A stretch of DNA of 63,355 bases, the filler included. It is 5 parts of 5 records of this genome, joined end to end, with 100 filler letters (N's around TTAATTAATTAA, not from the genome) between each part and the next. Parts side by side here need not be neighbours in the genome. Positions count along the whole stretch, not along the records: positions 39,305 to 55,424 come from DRR378314_1811; 4 more parts are not named here. One strand, given 5' to 3'. The notes beneath the pieces were generated by a model. That model did no database searches and was not told where the DNA came from. It saw only the letters and a program-made list of their open reading frames with translations. Position 1 is the stretch's first letter, and every line of letters starts with the position of its first letter. Shown here in pieces: positions 43,156-54,472 of this stretch. Position numbers and translations under genes: made by a program.

Positions 43156-43242
43156 AGGCCCTACCTAAGCGCTCCCATTGCCTTTGCCAAGCGGCTGCGG
43201 TCACGCTAAACGGGGCGGGATTTGCAAGCAGGAGCGCAGAAC

Positions 43243-44058
43243 ATGACCCAGACCCTTTCCGTGGCGATCACTGGTGCCTCTGGCCGTATGGGACAGACCC
43301 TGATCGGATTGATCAACGCCTCTGACAAAATGACGTTAAGCGGTGCGATTGAACGCGCCGGACATGCTTGGGTCGGGCAGGATGTGGGCGAAATGATGGG
43401 CGGCACCGCGCAGGGTGTGATTGTCACTGATGACGCTGCGGCGGCTTTGGCAACCGCAGATGCCGTGATTGATTTCACCGCACCGCAGGCGACAATCGCT
43501 TTTGCAGCATTGGCAGCGCAGGCAGGCATTGTGCATGTCATCGGCACCACCGGCATGACCGAGGATGAAATCGCTGCCCTTGCACCCTATGCCGACAGGG
43601 CCACGATCATCCGCGCCGGCAATATGAGCCTTGGCGTTAACCTGTTGACCCAGCTGACAAAGCGGGTCGCTGCCGCGCTGGATACGGATTACGACATTGA
43701 AATCATCGAGGCCCATCACAACCAAAAGGTCGATGCGCCTTCCGGCACCGCCCTGATGCTGGGCGAGGCCGCCGCCGAGGGGCGCGGTGTGGCATTGTCC
43801 GATGTATCTGACCGCGGCCGCGACGGGATCACCGGTGCGCGCAAACCCGGCGACATCGGCTTTACCGCAATTCGCGGTGGCGACATCATTGGCGAACATG
43901 ACGTGATGTTTGCCGCCGCCGGTGAACGCATCATCCTGCGCCACGTTGCCTCTGACCGCAGCGTCTTTGCCCGTGGTGCGCTCAAGGCGGCGCTCTGGGG
44001 GCATGGCCGCGCGCCAGGGCAATATGACATGCTCGATGTACTGGGCCTGTCGGATTAA
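43243..44058 (+). CDS. dapB: 4-hydroxy-tetrahydrodipicolinate reductase
   Basis: [27 protein letters not shown]. Confidence 0.97.
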   Translation: MTQTLSVAITGASGRMGQTLIGLINASDKMTLSGAIERAGHAWVGQDVGEMMGGTAQGVIVTDDAAAALATADAVIDFTAPQATIAFAALAAQAGIVHVIGTTGMTEDEIAALAPYADRATIIRAGNMSLGVNLLTQLTKRVAAALDTDYDIEIIEAHHNQKVDAPSGTALMLGEAAAEGRGVALSDVSDRGRDGITGARKPGDIGFTAIRGGDIIGEHDVMFAAAGERIILRHVASDRSVFARGALKAALWGHGRAPGQYDMLDVLGLSD

Positions 44059-44130
44059 ATCATAAGACAGATGAAACCTTTTCAGGGGTATCTGCGTTTC
44101 TTCTAGGACCACCATCCGATGGAGATCCCG

Positions 44131-44487
44131 ATGAAGGCTTTTGCCCTGACAGTTTGCGCCGCTTTGGCCGGTTTTGCCTCACCTGCTTTGGCCGACCTTC
44201 AAAAAGTCACCTCGCGTGACGCCTTTGTTGCGCTTGTCGATGGCAAAACACTGACGCGCCCCTTGGTCCGGCTTCAGGTTCTGTCGAACGGACAGATCAC
44301 CGGCAAAGGCGCAACCTGGGAGATCAGCGGCGAATGGGCGTGGAAAGGCGGCTATCTCTGCCGCAGCCTGATCTGGGGCGGCGACGATTTGGGGTACAAC
44401 TGTCAGGAAATCAAATCCGACGGCAGCCGCATGCGCTTTACCTCGGATCGCGGCAGTGGCGATTCCGCAGAATTCAGCCTGCGCTGA
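44131..44487 (+). CDS. Small exported hypothetical protein
   Basis: Signal peptide ALA|D; G.W.W...YLCR...NCQ; GGAG RBS. Confidence 0.75.
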   Translation: MKAFALTVCAALAGFASPALADLQKVTSRDAFVALVDGKTLTRPLVRLQVLSNGQITGKGATWEISGEWAWKGGYLCRSLIWGGDDLGYNCQEIKSDGSRMRFTSDRGSGDSAEFSLR

Positions 44488-44502
44488 TCAAGCGTCGCGC
44501 CG

Positions 44503-44796
44503 TCAAAAATCGACCGCCAGCCCTTTTTTCTCCCAATCCCCATAGCGCACCGGCTCTGGTCCCTCGCGCCCGCCCAATTCCGGCGGCAGCGCCAGTTCCG
44601 CCGCTTTCTTGCGCCGTTCCTCTGCTTCTGCCAATGCCCGCTGGGCGGCTGGAGGGATCGGTTTGGGGGCAGGTGTCGGGTTCGGACCGGGTGGTAAATC
44701 CGGCCCCGGTGTGGGTGTCGGGGGAACCGGGTTGTCCGGGATCGGACGTGGGGCAGGGTCACCGCCCTGTGCATTCTGTGTCAAAGGGTCTGTCAT
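44503..44796 (-). CDS. DUF1674 (SDHAF4/Sdh8-like) protein with Pro-rich N-terminus
   Basis: AAQRALAEAEERR...ELGGREGPEPVRYGDWEKKGLAVDF. Confidence 0.88.
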   Translation of the reverse strand: MTDPLTQNAQGGDPAPRPIPDNPVPPTPTPGPDLPPGPNPTPAPKPIPPAAQRALAEAEERRKKAAELALPPELGGREGPEPVRYGDWEKKGLAVDF

Positions 44797-44925
44797 ATCA
44801 TCCTCTTGAGGCAAGCTTGCCTTTGATATACGTCGCAAATCATTGCGGACAAGCTTGATCGGCCAGATAGGCCGGAGAGCAAAGAGGTTCGGATAGGTCA
44901 GAACAGCCCGATAGGAACCATGCTG

Positions 44926-46200
44926 ATGTCAAACACCGGAGTCCAAGCTCGCCGCAGCGCCGTCTACCTGCTGGACCAGATCCTCGGCGAAGAACCCCGC
45001 TTGATGTCGGAACTGCTGGCCAGCGGTGTGCTTGATAAACTCTCGCCCGATGACCGCGCCCGTGCGCAACGTCTGGCCACGGAAACCCTGCGCGGCTTGG
45101 AACGTGCGGACCGCTTGTTGCAAAAACATTTGAAAAAACCGCCAGTGCTGACGATCCAGAATGTGTTGCGCGTCGGCACCGTGGAGCTTTGTCAGGGCGG
45201 CGCGGCCCATGGTGTCGTGAATGCCATGGTCAATCTGGTTGGCCAGCACAATAAGCTGAGCCATCTCAAGGGGTTGACCAACGCGGTCCTGCGAAAAATC
45301 GCCGCCGAAGGCCCTGCTGCATGGGATGCTCTGCGCGCGCCCCGCTTGCCCAAATGGCTGCGTGGCCCCCTGTCAGAGGCATGGGGATCAGACGCAATGG
45401 CCGCAATGGAAATCGCCCATTTTGCCGGTGCGCCGCTGGATCTGACCGCAAAAACCGATGCCGCCGCCGTTGCCGAGGCGACAGGTGGCACGCTCCTGCC
45501 CACCGGTTCGGTGCGCATCACCAACCCCGGTCAGGTCTCTACCATGGCGGGGTTTGCCACGGGTGACTGGTGGGTGCAGGACGCCGCCGCCGCAATCCCC
45601 GTGCAGGTCCTGAAACCGCAGGCGGGCGAGGCGATCCTTGATCTATGTGCCGCACCGGGCGGGAAAACCATGCAAATCGCTGCTTCGGGCGCCGATGTCA
45701 CAGCCGTTGACGATTCGTCCCCCCGTATGCAGCGGGTCAGCGAAAATCTGGCCCGTGTCGGCCTGAAGGCCAAAACCCTGACCAAAGATGTGCGTGCGAT
45801 CAAAGGCACATTTGATGCGATTCTGCTGGACGCCCCCTGTTCCGCCACTGGCACCATCCGCCGTCACGCCGACCTGCCCTATGCCAAGGATGGTTCTGAC
45901 TTTGGTGACCTGATTGAACTTCAGGGTGCATTCATCGACCACGCTTGGTCGCTGCTGAAACCCGGCGGACGGATGGTGTTCTGCACCTGTAGCTTGCTGC
46001 CTGACGAAGGCGAGGTGCAGGTGGATGAGGCGCTGGAACGCCATGATGACATGAGTGTGGACACGGAGGCGCTGATGGTGCCCGGTGTCCAACCCGAGTG
46101 GATCACCACTGAAGGCGGGCTGCGTCTGCGCCCTGACTATTGGTCCGAACTGGGCGGTATGGACGGGTTTTACATCGTCAGCCTGCGCAAGGCGGGCTAA
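44926..46200 (+). CDS. rsmB: RsmB/NOP-family m5C RNA methyltransferase (Sun/Fmu)
   Basis: NusB-like N-terminus, VQD, DLCAAPGGKT, DAPCSATG, CTCS, DGF. Confidence 0.9.
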   Translation: MSNTGVQARRSAVYLLDQILGEEPRLMSELLASGVLDKLSPDDRARAQRLATETLRGLERADRLLQKHLKKPPVLTIQNVLRVGTVELCQGGAAHGVVNAMVNLVGQHNKLSHLKGLTNAVLRKIAAEGPAAWDALRAPRLPKWLRGPLSEAWGSDAMAAMEIAHFAGAPLDLTAKTDAAAVAEATGGTLLPTGSVRITNPGQVSTMAGFATGDWWVQDAAAAIPVQVLKPQAGEAILDLCAAPGGKTMQIAASGADVTAVDDSSPRMQRVSENLARVGLKAKTLTKDVRAIKGTFDAILLDAPCSATGTIRRHADLPYAKDGSDFGDLIELQGAFIDHAWSLLKPGGRMVFCTCSLLPDEGEVQVDEALERHDDMSVDTEALMVPGVQPEWITTEGGLRLRPDYWSELGGMDGFYIVSLRKAG

Positions 46201-46202
46201 GC

Positions 46203-46946
46203 CTAATCCGGCGGGTTTTCAACCGCCAGATAGGCAGCGCGGGGAATGGCGATGATCCCCTTAAGATCAAGTGCCGCGCGGTGTTCGGCATCCAGCCTCT
46301 CAATGGCCTCGCCCACTGCGTCAAACATCACTGGCCCATCCGATCCAACGGCGGTGATATATGGTAAACCGGGTGTCGGAGTGGTCTGGTCAAGAACGCG
46401 CAAACCCTTGGCAAAACTGTCAAACCTCTGAATAAGCCGCCATGTCTGCGCATCCAGAACCGCAATGTCGCCGGTGCCTTCGGACACCATCAATGCCGAT
46501 TGCGCATGCCCGCCGCTGGCCTGACGGTTGTTGAACCAGAACCCGTGATCGCGCGCCCATAGATAGGCCGCTGCAAACCCCGATTGAGAACAGGCCTGAT
46601 TGAACACAAACCGCGCATCCGCAAATGCCTCCGCCCTGTCGCGCGGATCATCCGCGCGTACCACAACAACACTGTTGTAATACCCCGCCGGACACCCCTC
46701 CAACCCGAAATTCGGGGTGCCGATCAATGTCACATGATCCGCCAGCCGTGTCCGAAACGGCATGCCGCAGGTCTGGCTGAACACCAGATCAGGCGAGAGC
46801 CACAGATCATAGGCATCCCGCGCATTGTCCAACTCTGCCGGTGTGTCGATCCCTCTTGCACTCAATGCTTCGCGCAGCGCCGCCCAATAGGCGTTGTTTG
46901 CCACCTCCAGTTCCGGGCGGGCATACATCATCAGGCTGGCAATCAT
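46203..46946 (-). CDS. PhnD/SsuA-like substrate-binding-fold protein without signal peptide
   Basis: ASLMMY, QTCGMPF, YNSVVVVR, SQSG, TPGLPYI. Confidence 0.8.
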   Translation of the reverse strand: MIASLMMYARPELEVANNAYWAALREALSARGIDTPAELDNARDAYDLWLSPDLVFSQTCGMPFRTRLADHVTLIGTPNFGLEGCPAGYYNSVVVVRADDPRDRAEAFADARFVFNQACSQSGFAAAYLWARDHGFWFNNRQASGGHAQSALMVSEGTGDIAVLDAQTWRLIQRFDSFAKGLRVLDQTTPTPGLPYITAVGSDGPVMFDAVGEAIERLDAEHRAALDLKGIIAIPRAAYLAVENPPD

Positions 46947-47118
46947 CGCGCACTCCATTCTTGCATATCACTTTCCTAGCGCAGGGCCCGCCGTGGTGAC
47001 AGGCGCAAACTGCCCCAACCCGCCGATTGACGCGGCTTGACCAAAAAACGGTGACACCCTCTTGTTGCCGGTCTATGCTGCGCCCAAACGCCAGCAGAGC
47101 GTCAAGGGCAGTCGAAAT

Positions 47119-48867
47119 ATGTTCAACCTAACCTCACTGAAAGCGCGTCAGGCGCGGCTGTTGAATGCCGTACACGCCGCTTTGGCCACGCGCACAACCG
47201 CAAGCGTCAAGGGCTTCGTCTCTTCGCCCGAGCCGCGCACAATCGGATCATTTGCACGGGGCCGCCAGTTGGTCGCGGGCAATTATCTGTTTGCCGGGAC
47301 ATTGATCAATGCGCCGGGTCATTCGCTTTGGGAGGTCACGCCGCCAGATGCGAATTACGCGGCGGATCTGCACGGGTTCTCTTGGCTTGATGATCTGGCT
47401 GCGGTTGGTGACATGGCGGCGCGTGATGCGGCGCAGTCTTGGCTGTGGGGCTGGATCGACAGGTTTGGCAAGGGGCGCGGGCCCGGCTGGACCCCTGACC
47501 TGACCGGCCGCCGCCTGATCCGCTGGATCAACCACGCGCTGTTTGTTCTGCGCGGACAGGAATCAGAGCAAAGCCGCGCTTTCTACCGTTCTCTTGTCCA
47601 GCAAACCCAGTTTCTATCCCGCCGCTGGCGCGGTGCCGCGCCCGGCCTGCCGCGTTTCGAGGCGCTGACCGGTTTGATCTATGCGGGCCTCGCACTTGAG
47701 GGGCAGGAGGACTTGGCCGATCCGGCGATCAAGGCGCTGGCGCGTGAATGTGCCACACAGATCGACGATCAGGGCGGCCTGCCCACCCGCAACCCCGAAG
47801 AGCTGCTGGCGGTGTTCACCCTGCTGACATGGGCGGCTGCCGCGCTTGGTGATGTGGGCCGCAGCTGTCCCAAGGAACATATGGCCGCGATTGAACGCAT
47901 CGCGCCGACCCTGCGGTCCCTGCGCCATACCGATGGCGGTCTGGCGCGGTTTCATGGCGGCGGGCGCGGTGCCGAAGGGTGGCTGGATCACGCCCTTGCC
48001 GCCAGCCGGGTCAAAACGGCGCAGCCGGACGGGCTGGCCATGGGGTATGCCCGCTTGTCCGCCGGGCGTACCAGTATCGTGATTGACGCGGCCACTCCGC
48101 CGAAAGGGGCGGCCAGTCATAACGCTCATGCCTCAACCCTCGGGTTTGAACTGACCTCGGGGCGCCGCCCGCTGGTGGTCAGCTGCGGGTCTGGCGCGTC
48201 TTTTGGTCTGGACTGGCGCCGGGCAGGGCGGGCCACACCGTCACATTCCACCTTATGTCTTGGGGGCTATTCCAGCGCCCGTTTGGCGGATCCCGACGCG
48301 GCAACGGGTGTTGAGGCGCTGATCAACGGGCCGACCTATGTGCCTGTCGAATTGTCCCCGCAATCGGATGGTATCAAGTTTCAGGGTGGGCATGACGGCT
48401 ATGTCGCCTCGCACGGGTTGACCCATGCGCGCACGCTTGAATTAACCTTCGACGGGCGTGGCCTTGCTGGTGAGGATATGCTGCTGGCATTGGAAGATGC
48501 CGAAAAACGACGTTTTGACGCAGCCCTTGATGCAGGAAAATTGAAGGGGCTGCGGTTTGACATCCGGTTCCATCTGCACCCCGATGTCGATGCGACACTG
48601 GACCTTGGCGGTGCAGCCATTTCCATGGCGCTAAAGAGCGGGGAAATATGGGTTTTCCGCCATGACGGCACGCATAACCTATCGCTTGAACCGGGGGCCT
48701 ATCTGGAAACCACACGGCTGAAACCTCGCGCGGCACAACAAATTGTGCTCTCCGGCAGTGCGTTTACCTATGCCACACGTGTCCGCTGGTCCTTGTCCAA
48801 AGCGCAGGAAACTGCGATTGGCGTGCGAGACTTGTCGATGGACGAGCCGTATCTGAACGAAGACTGA
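47119..48867 (+). CDS. Heparinase II/III-family protein
   Basis: LHGFSWL, RNPE, AHASTLGFE, SHST, HDGY, RFHLHP; conserved position before purH. Confidence 0.85.
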   Translation: MFNLTSLKARQARLLNAVHAALATRTTASVKGFVSSPEPRTIGSFARGRQLVAGNYLFAGTLINAPGHSLWEVTPPDANYAADLHGFSWLDDLAAVGDMAARDAAQSWLWGWIDRFGKGRGPGWTPDLTGRRLIRWINHALFVLRGQESEQSRAFYRSLVQQTQFLSRRWRGAAPGLPRFEALTGLIYAGLALEGQEDLADPAIKALARECATQIDDQGGLPTRNPEELLAVFTLLTWAAAALGDVGRSCPKEHMAAIERIAPTLRSLRHTDGGLARFHGGGRGAEGWLDHALAASRVKTAQPDGLAMGYARLSAGRTSIVIDAATPPKGAASHNAHASTLGFELTSGRRPLVVSCGSGASFGLDWRRAGRATPSHSTLCLGGYSSARLADPDAATGVEALINGPTYVPVELSPQSDGIKFQGGHDGYVASHGLTHARTLELTFDGRGLAGEDMLLALEDAEKRRFDAALDAGKLKGLRFDIRFHLHPDVDATLDLGGAAISMALKSGEIWVFRHDGTHNLSLEPGAYLETTRLKPRAAQQIVLSGSAFTYATRVRWSLSKAQETAIGVRDLSMDEPYLNED

Positions 48868-48882
48868 CCAAAGGACCCTCCC

Positions 48883-50469
48883 ATGACCGATCTGTACCCC
48901 GTCAAACGCGCCCTGCTTTCTGTATCTGACAAGACCGGACTGGTCGATCTGGGCAAGGCATTGGCGGCGCATGGGGTTGAACTGCTGTCCACCGGTGGCA
49001 CCGCAAAGGCGCTGCGCGAGGCGGGGCTGGATGTGAAAGACGTGGCCGAAGTTACAGGGTTCCCCGAAATGATGGACGGTCGGGTGAAAACCTTGCACCC
49101 GGTGGTGCATGGCGGTTTGCTGGCGCTGCGCGACAACGATGAACATGTCGCGGCAATGGATGCCCATAACATCGGCGGCATCGATCTGGTGGTGGTGAAC
49201 CTTTATCCGTTTGAGGAAACCGTCGCCAAAGGCGCGGAATACGCCGAGGTGATCGAAAACATCGACATCGGTGGCCCCGCGATGATCCGCTCTGCCGCCA
49301 AGAACCACGGCTTTGTGAATGTCATCGTGGATACCGAAGATTACGCCGCGGTGATCGCGGAGCTGGAGGCCAACAAGGGGGCCACCACCTATGCGCTGCG
49401 CCAGCGTCTGGCCCAGACCGCCTATGCCCGCACTGCGGCCTATGACACCGCCGTCAGCACATGGATGGCCGCGCAAGTTGGCGAAACCCCGCGCCGTCGC
49501 ACCTTTGGCGGCACATTGGCGCAAACCCTGCGTTACGGTGAAAACCCGCATCAGCAGGCGGCATTCTATACCGATGGTTCAAACCGCCCCGGCGTGGCAA
49601 CGGCCAAACAGCATCAGGGCAAGGAACTGTCCTATAACAACATCAACGACACCGATGCAGCCTTTGAGCTGGTCAGCGAATTTGATCCCGCACAGGGTCC
49701 GGCCTGCGCCATCATCAAACATGCCAACCCTTGTGGCGTTGGCACTGGCGAGACGATGATCGAAGCCTATACCCGCGCCTTTGACTGCGACCGCACCAGC
49801 GCCTTCGGGGGCATCATCGCCCTGAACCAGACGCTGGACGGTGCCACCGCCGAAGCGATCAGCGGCATCTTTACCGAGGTGGTCATTGCACCGGATGCAG
49901 ACGCCGATGCGCTGGCGATTTTTGCCAAGAAAAAGAATCTGCGCCTGCTGACCACCAATGGTCTGGCCACCCCAGACACCGCGCAGCTGACCGCGCGTCA
50001 GGTCTCCGGCGGTTGGCTGGTGCAGGACAAGGATGTGGGCCGGATCACCCGCGATGATCTGAAGGTCGTGACCAAACGCGCGCCAAGTGAACAGGAGCTC
50101 AGCGATCTGTTGTTCGCCTGGACCGTAGCCAAACATGTGAAATCCAACGCGATTATCTATGTTAAAGACGGTGCAACCGTCGGCGTGGGCGCCGGCCAGA
50201 TGAGCCGCGTTGACTCAACCCGTATCGCTGCGCGCAAAGCACAGGATATGGCAGAGGCCATGGGCCTGCCCGCCCCGCTGACGCAAGGATCGGTTGTGGC
50301 GTCGGATGCGTTTTTCCCCTTTGCGGATGGTCTGATCACCGCCGCTGAAGCCGGGGCAACCGCGCTGATCCAGCCGGGCGGTTCCATGCGCGACGACGAA
50401 GTGATTGCGGCAGCGGATGAGGCGGGGCTTGCTATGGTCTTCACCAACATGCGCCATTTCCGGCACTAA
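48883..50469 (+). CDS. purH: Bifunctional AICAR transformylase/IMP cyclohydrolase
   Basis: [37 protein letters not shown]. Confidence 0.99.
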   Translation: MTDLYPVKRALLSVSDKTGLVDLGKALAAHGVELLSTGGTAKALREAGLDVKDVAEVTGFPEMMDGRVKTLHPVVHGGLLALRDNDEHVAAMDAHNIGGIDLVVVNLYPFEETVAKGAEYAEVIENIDIGGPAMIRSAAKNHGFVNVIVDTEDYAAVIAELEANKGATTYALRQRLAQTAYARTAAYDTAVSTWMAAQVGETPRRRTFGGTLAQTLRYGENPHQQAAFYTDGSNRPGVATAKQHQGKELSYNNINDTDAAFELVSEFDPAQGPACAIIKHANPCGVGTGETMIEAYTRAFDCDRTSAFGGIIALNQTLDGATAEAISGIFTEVVIAPDADADALAIFAKKKNLRLLTTNGLATPDTAQLTARQVSGGWLVQDKDVGRITRDDLKVVTKRAPSEQELSDLLFAWTVAKHVKSNAIIYVKDGATVGVGAGQMSRVDSTRIAARKAQDMAEAMGLPAPLTQGSVVASDAFFPFADGLITAAEAGATALIQPGGSMRDDEVIAAADEAGLAMVFTNMRHFRH

Positions 50470-50486
50470 GGCAGGGCGGGCAGCAG

Positions 50487-50996
50487 ATGCGCATTCTCTT
50501 TTGGTCAGCCTTCACGGCATTCCTGATAGATCAGGCCAGTAAATATCTGGTGGTCCATATGTGGGAACTGTGGCGGGTGCGCGAGATTGATGTGCTGCCG
50601 CCCTACCTGAATTTCCGTTACGGTGAAAACCGGGGCATTAACTTCGGCCTTTTCGGGGATGGATCGGACGCCAGCCGCTATATCCTCATCGGTCTTGCCC
50701 TTGTGATCTGTGCGGGGGTTCTGTTCTGGATCGGGCGGGGAAAATTCGGCGTCAAGGAACGCGTCAGCGCCGGATTGCTGATTGGCGGGGCGCTAGCCAA
50801 TGTGGTGGATCGGCTGGTCTATGGCTATGTGCTGGACTTCCTGAACAACTCTCTGCCGGGCTGGAACAACCCCTTTGTTTACAACATCGCGGATGTCTTT
50901 ATCTTTGCCGGTGCCATCGGGCTGATCCTGTTTGCTGATGATGGCCGCAAGACTGGTAAAAAGAACGCAAAAACGATCGCGAAAAAACCCAAGTGA
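50487..50996 (+). CDS. lspA: Lipoprotein signal peptidase II
   Basis: DQASK, NRGINFG, GGALANVVDR, VLDF, YNIAD. Confidence 0.95.
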   Translation: MRILFWSAFTAFLIDQASKYLVVHMWELWRVREIDVLPPYLNFRYGENRGINFGLFGDGSDASRYILIGLALVICAGVLFWIGRGKFGVKERVSAGLLIGGALANVVDRLVYGYVLDFLNNSLPGWNNPFVYNIADVFIFAGAIGLILFADDGRKTGKKNAKTIAKKPK

Positions 50997-51047
50997 CATT
51001 GCCCGCCCGACCAAGGTATGAACAGGGCACCCGTTAGGAGACGACAC

Positions 51048-51551
51048 ATGCGCCGTATCGCTTTACTTGTCCTGATCCCGCTGGCCCTTGGGGCCTGCGC
51101 CAACAAGGGATTGCGCGATCTTCAGAATGTGTCGGACGGGCCAAATGAATTTATGCTGCAACCGGCCAAACCGCTGGAAGCGCCTGCCAACTATCGCGAT
51201 CTGCCGCCGCCCACACCGGGGCAGGCGAACCTGACCGACCGTTCCGCGCTGAACGAGGGTATTACCGCCTTTGGTGGTCGCCCCGAAGCGGCCAATGCCG
51301 GTATTCCGGCCAGTGATGGCGCGCTTGTGCAACATGCCTCGCGGTTGGGTGTTGCCCCGAATATCCGGGGGGATCTGGCCGAAACGGACGCGCAGTTCCG
51401 CAAACGCAAGGCGCGGTTTACCCAGTTCCGCATCGTCAAGGTTGACCGCTACAATCAGGCCTATCGCCGCGAAACGCTGGATGCCAAAAACGAGGCCGCC
51501 CGCTGGCGCCGCGCCGGTGCGCGTACCCCCTCCTACGCACCTGACGAATAA
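51048..51551 (+). CDS. DUF3035-like lipoprotein
   Basis: Lipobox LGAC; PNEF..P.KPL, LPPPTPG; lies between lspA and M16 peptidases. Confidence 0.8.
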   Translation: MRRIALLVLIPLALGACANKGLRDLQNVSDGPNEFMLQPAKPLEAPANYRDLPPPTPGQANLTDRSALNEGITAFGGRPEAANAGIPASDGALVQHASRLGVAPNIRGDLAETDAQFRKRKARFTQFRIVKVDRYNQAYRRETLDAKNEAARWRRAGARTPSYAPDE

Positions 51552-51653
51552 CCCCGCCGGGGTAACCGTTACAAAGCTTACAAATTTGTCATCTGCCTTG
51601 AATCTCTGCCTCAGGCGCGTAGGTGTGCGGTAGATGATTTTTTCAAAGGATCC

Positions 51654-53000
51654 GTGATGTTCCGACTGCCGACGCTTGCAGCCCTTTTCGCATTTGCATT
51701 GCCCCCGCTCATGGCGCAGGCCGCCGAAAACGAGGCGGTGACATTTTTTACCCTTGATAATGGCATGGATGTTGTCGTGGTCGAAGATCACCGCGCCCCC
51801 GCTGTTCAGCAAATGGTCTGGTATCGTGCGGGCTCTGCGGATGAACCCAAAGGCTCCTCCGGGGTTGCGCATTTCCTTGAACACCTGCTGTTCAAGGCAA
51901 CCGACAAAATGGAATCAGGCGAGTTTTCTGCAACTGTTGCCGCCAATGGCGGGCGCGACAATGCATTTACCAGCTATGATTACACCGCCTATTTCCAACG
52001 TATCGCTGCCGACCGTCTGGAACTGATGATGCAGATGGAAAGCGACCGGATGAAAAACATCCGCCTGACGCCGGAAAATATCCGCACAGAGCGCGACGTG
52101 ATTCTGGAAGAGCGCAACCAGCGCACCGACAGCAACCCCGGCGCATTGTTCAATGAACAGATGAACGCCGCGCAATATCTGAACCATCGCTATGGCACAC
52201 CTGTGATCGGCTGGCGTCACGAGATGGAAACGCTCGATCTGGATGATGCGCTGGCGTTTTACGAACTCTACTATTCCCCGAATAACGCGATCCTTGTGGT
52301 GTCGGGTGATGTCGATCCCGATAATGTGCGCGCGCTGGCAGAGAAATATTATGGCGTGATCCCCGCCAATCCTGACCTGCCCGAACGGCTGCGTACGCAA
52401 GAACCGCCGCAAACCGCCGAACGGCGACTGATTTTCCGTGATGGCCGTGTGGCACAACCCTACGTCAGCCGCGCCTATCTTGCGCCGGAACGTGATCCGG
52501 GTGCACAGGAAGAGGCGGCGGCATTGACCATTCTGGCGGAAATCCTTGGCGGCGGGACCACATCGGTTCTGGCCGAAAAGCTTCAGTTTGACGAACAGAT
52601 CGCCACTTATACCGGAGCGTTCTATCGTGGCGCAACGCTGGATGACACGGCCTTTGATCTGGTCGTGGTGCCCGCCGCCGGCGTGACCTTGCAAGAGGCC
52701 GAAGATGCAATGGATGCGGCCTTGGCCAGCTTTATGGAAACCGGTGTGGACGCTGCACAGCTTGACCGGATCAAGCTGCAAATCCGCGCCGAGCAAATCT
52801 ATGCCCGTGACAATGCCGAAGGGGTTGCCAATCGCTATGGATCGGCGCTGGCCATCGGCTTGACCGTTGAGGATGTGCAGAACTGGCCTGATGTACTGGA
52901 TGCGGTCACGGCGGATGACATCATGCAGGCGGCAGAAAAACTATTCGACCGGCGGGCATCCGTCACCGGCTGGCTTATGAAAGAGGAGGCCGCGCAATGA
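51654..53000 (+). CDS. M16 zinc peptidase, catalytic subunit
   Basis: GVAHFLEHLLF (HxxEH), NAFTS; signal peptide. Confidence 0.93.
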   Translation: MMFRLPTLAALFAFALPPLMAQAAENEAVTFFTLDNGMDVVVVEDHRAPAVQQMVWYRAGSADEPKGSSGVAHFLEHLLFKATDKMESGEFSATVAANGGRDNAFTSYDYTAYFQRIAADRLELMMQMESDRMKNIRLTPENIRTERDVILEERNQRTDSNPGALFNEQMNAAQYLNHRYGTPVIGWRHEMETLDLDDALAFYELYYSPNNAILVVSGDVDPDNVRALAEKYYGVIPANPDLPERLRTQEPPQTAERRLIFRDGRVAQPYVSRAYLAPERDPGAQEEAAALTILAEILGGGTTSVLAEKLQFDEQIATYTGAFYRGATLDDTAFDLVVVPAAGVTLQEAEDAMDAALASFMETGVDAAQLDRIKLQIRAEQIYARDNAEGVANRYGSALAIGLTVEDVQNWPDVLDAVTADDIMQAAEKLFDRRASVTGWLMKEEAAQ

Positions 53001-54313
53001 GGCTGATTTACGCTCTTGCCCTGACGCTGATTGCGGCCTTGCCCGCCCGCGCAGAGGTTGACATCAAATCCGTCACCAGCTCCGGTGGCATCACCGCATG
53101 GCTGGTCGAAGAACCCTCCATCCCTTTTGTTGCGCTGGAAATCCGTTTCCGCGGTGGCGCATCGCTGGACGACCCCGAAAAACGCGGGGCAATCAACCTG
53201 ATGACCGGCCTGCTGGAAGAGGGGGCGGGCGATATGGATGCCCGCGATTTCAGCCGTGCACAGGAAGAGCTGGCGACCAGCCTTGGCTTTGAGGTCTCGC
53301 GCGATTCCGTTGCGATTTCGGCCCGCTTTCTGACCGAAACCCGCGAAGCCTCTGTTGCTTTGCTGCGCGCGGCCATTCACACGCCGCGTTTTGATCAGGA
53401 TGCAATTGACCGGGTGCGCGGGCAGGTGCTGTCGATCATCGAATCCGACAAGAAAGATCCCGACGACATCGCAAGCCGGACATTTGCGGAAATCGCCTAT
53501 GGGGATCACCCCTATGCGCATCCGGTGAACGGTACGACCGAAAGTGTTACCGCCTTGACCAGGGACGATATTCTGGCGGCGCATAAAGCGGTGTTTGCAC
53601 TGGATCAGATCTATGTCGGTGCAGTGGGGGACATCACGCCGGAAACCCTGGGTGCGTTGCTGGATGAGCTCTTGGGCGGCCTGCCACAAACCGGGGCATC
53701 CGCACCGACCCGCGCTGCTGTAGACATCCCTGCCGGTGTCACGGTTGTCGATTTTCCGACACCGCAATCGGTTGCGGTTTTTGGTCACGATGGCATTTCC
53801 CAAAGCGATCCCGACTTTTTCGCGGCGCTGATCCTCAATCAGGTGCTGGGCGGCGGATCGTTTGAAAGCCGCCTGATGAACGAGGTGCGCGAAAAGCGCG
53901 GGCTGACCTATGGTGTCTATTCCTACCTCGCCACGCGCGATCTGGCGGATGTATATATGGGGTCGGTCAGTTCATCGAACGACCGCATTGCCGAAGCCAT
54001 TGACGTGATCCGAGACGAATGGACAAAGGCCGCTGAAAACGGCGTGACACAGGAAGAGCTGGACGCGGCCAAGACCTATGTCACCGGTGCCTATCCGCTG
54101 CGGTTTGACGGCAACGGGCCAATTGCGAACATCCTTGTGGGCATGCAGATGCTGGGCCTGCCGATTGACTACATCCCGACCCGCAATGACAAGGTCGATG
54201 CGGTGACGCTGGCGGATGTGAAACGCGTGGCCGGTGAATTGCTGGACCCGGAGAACCTGCATTTTGTGGTGGTGGGACAGCCCGAAGGTTTGCAGACCAC
54301 AACCAGTGAATAA
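52997..54313 (+). CDS. M16 peptidase, non-catalytic partner subunit
   Basis: No HxxEH; SRLMNEVREKRGLTY (R/Y pair); 4-nt overlap with its partner. Confidence 0.9.
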   Translation: MRLIYALALTLIAALPARAEVDIKSVTSSGGITAWLVEEPSIPFVALEIRFRGGASLDDPEKRGAINLMTGLLEEGAGDMDARDFSRAQEELATSLGFEVSRDSVAISARFLTETREASVALLRAAIHTPRFDQDAIDRVRGQVLSIIESDKKDPDDIASRTFAEIAYGDHPYAHPVNGTTESVTALTRDDILAAHKAVFALDQIYVGAVGDITPETLGALLDELLGGLPQTGASAPTRAAVDIPAGVTVVDFPTPQSVAVFGHDGISQSDPDFFAALILNQVLGGGSFESRLMNEVREKRGLTYGVYSYLATRDLADVYMGSVSSSNDRIAEAIDVIRDEWTKAAENGVTQEELDAAKTYVTGAYPLRFDGNGPIANILVGMQMLGLPIDYIPTRNDKVDAVTLADVKRVAGELLDPENLHFVVVGQPEGLQTTTSE

Positions 54314-54472
54314 GAGGTAAACGGGTCAGCTATCCGTTTGGCATGGCATGAGAAACACGGGCTGTCCCCAAAGGGACGGCCCGTTGTTATGTGTGGTGCC
54401 TGCGTTGCGGGGTAACATCCTTCAAAGGATTTAGTCAGCATTTTCAAAAATGCGGCACCCCCGCCGCTGGCG

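Noticed and set aside
52997..54313. M16 peptidase lacking HxxEH as a novel pseudoenzyme
   Set aside because: Standard non-catalytic half of heterodimeric M16B peptidases
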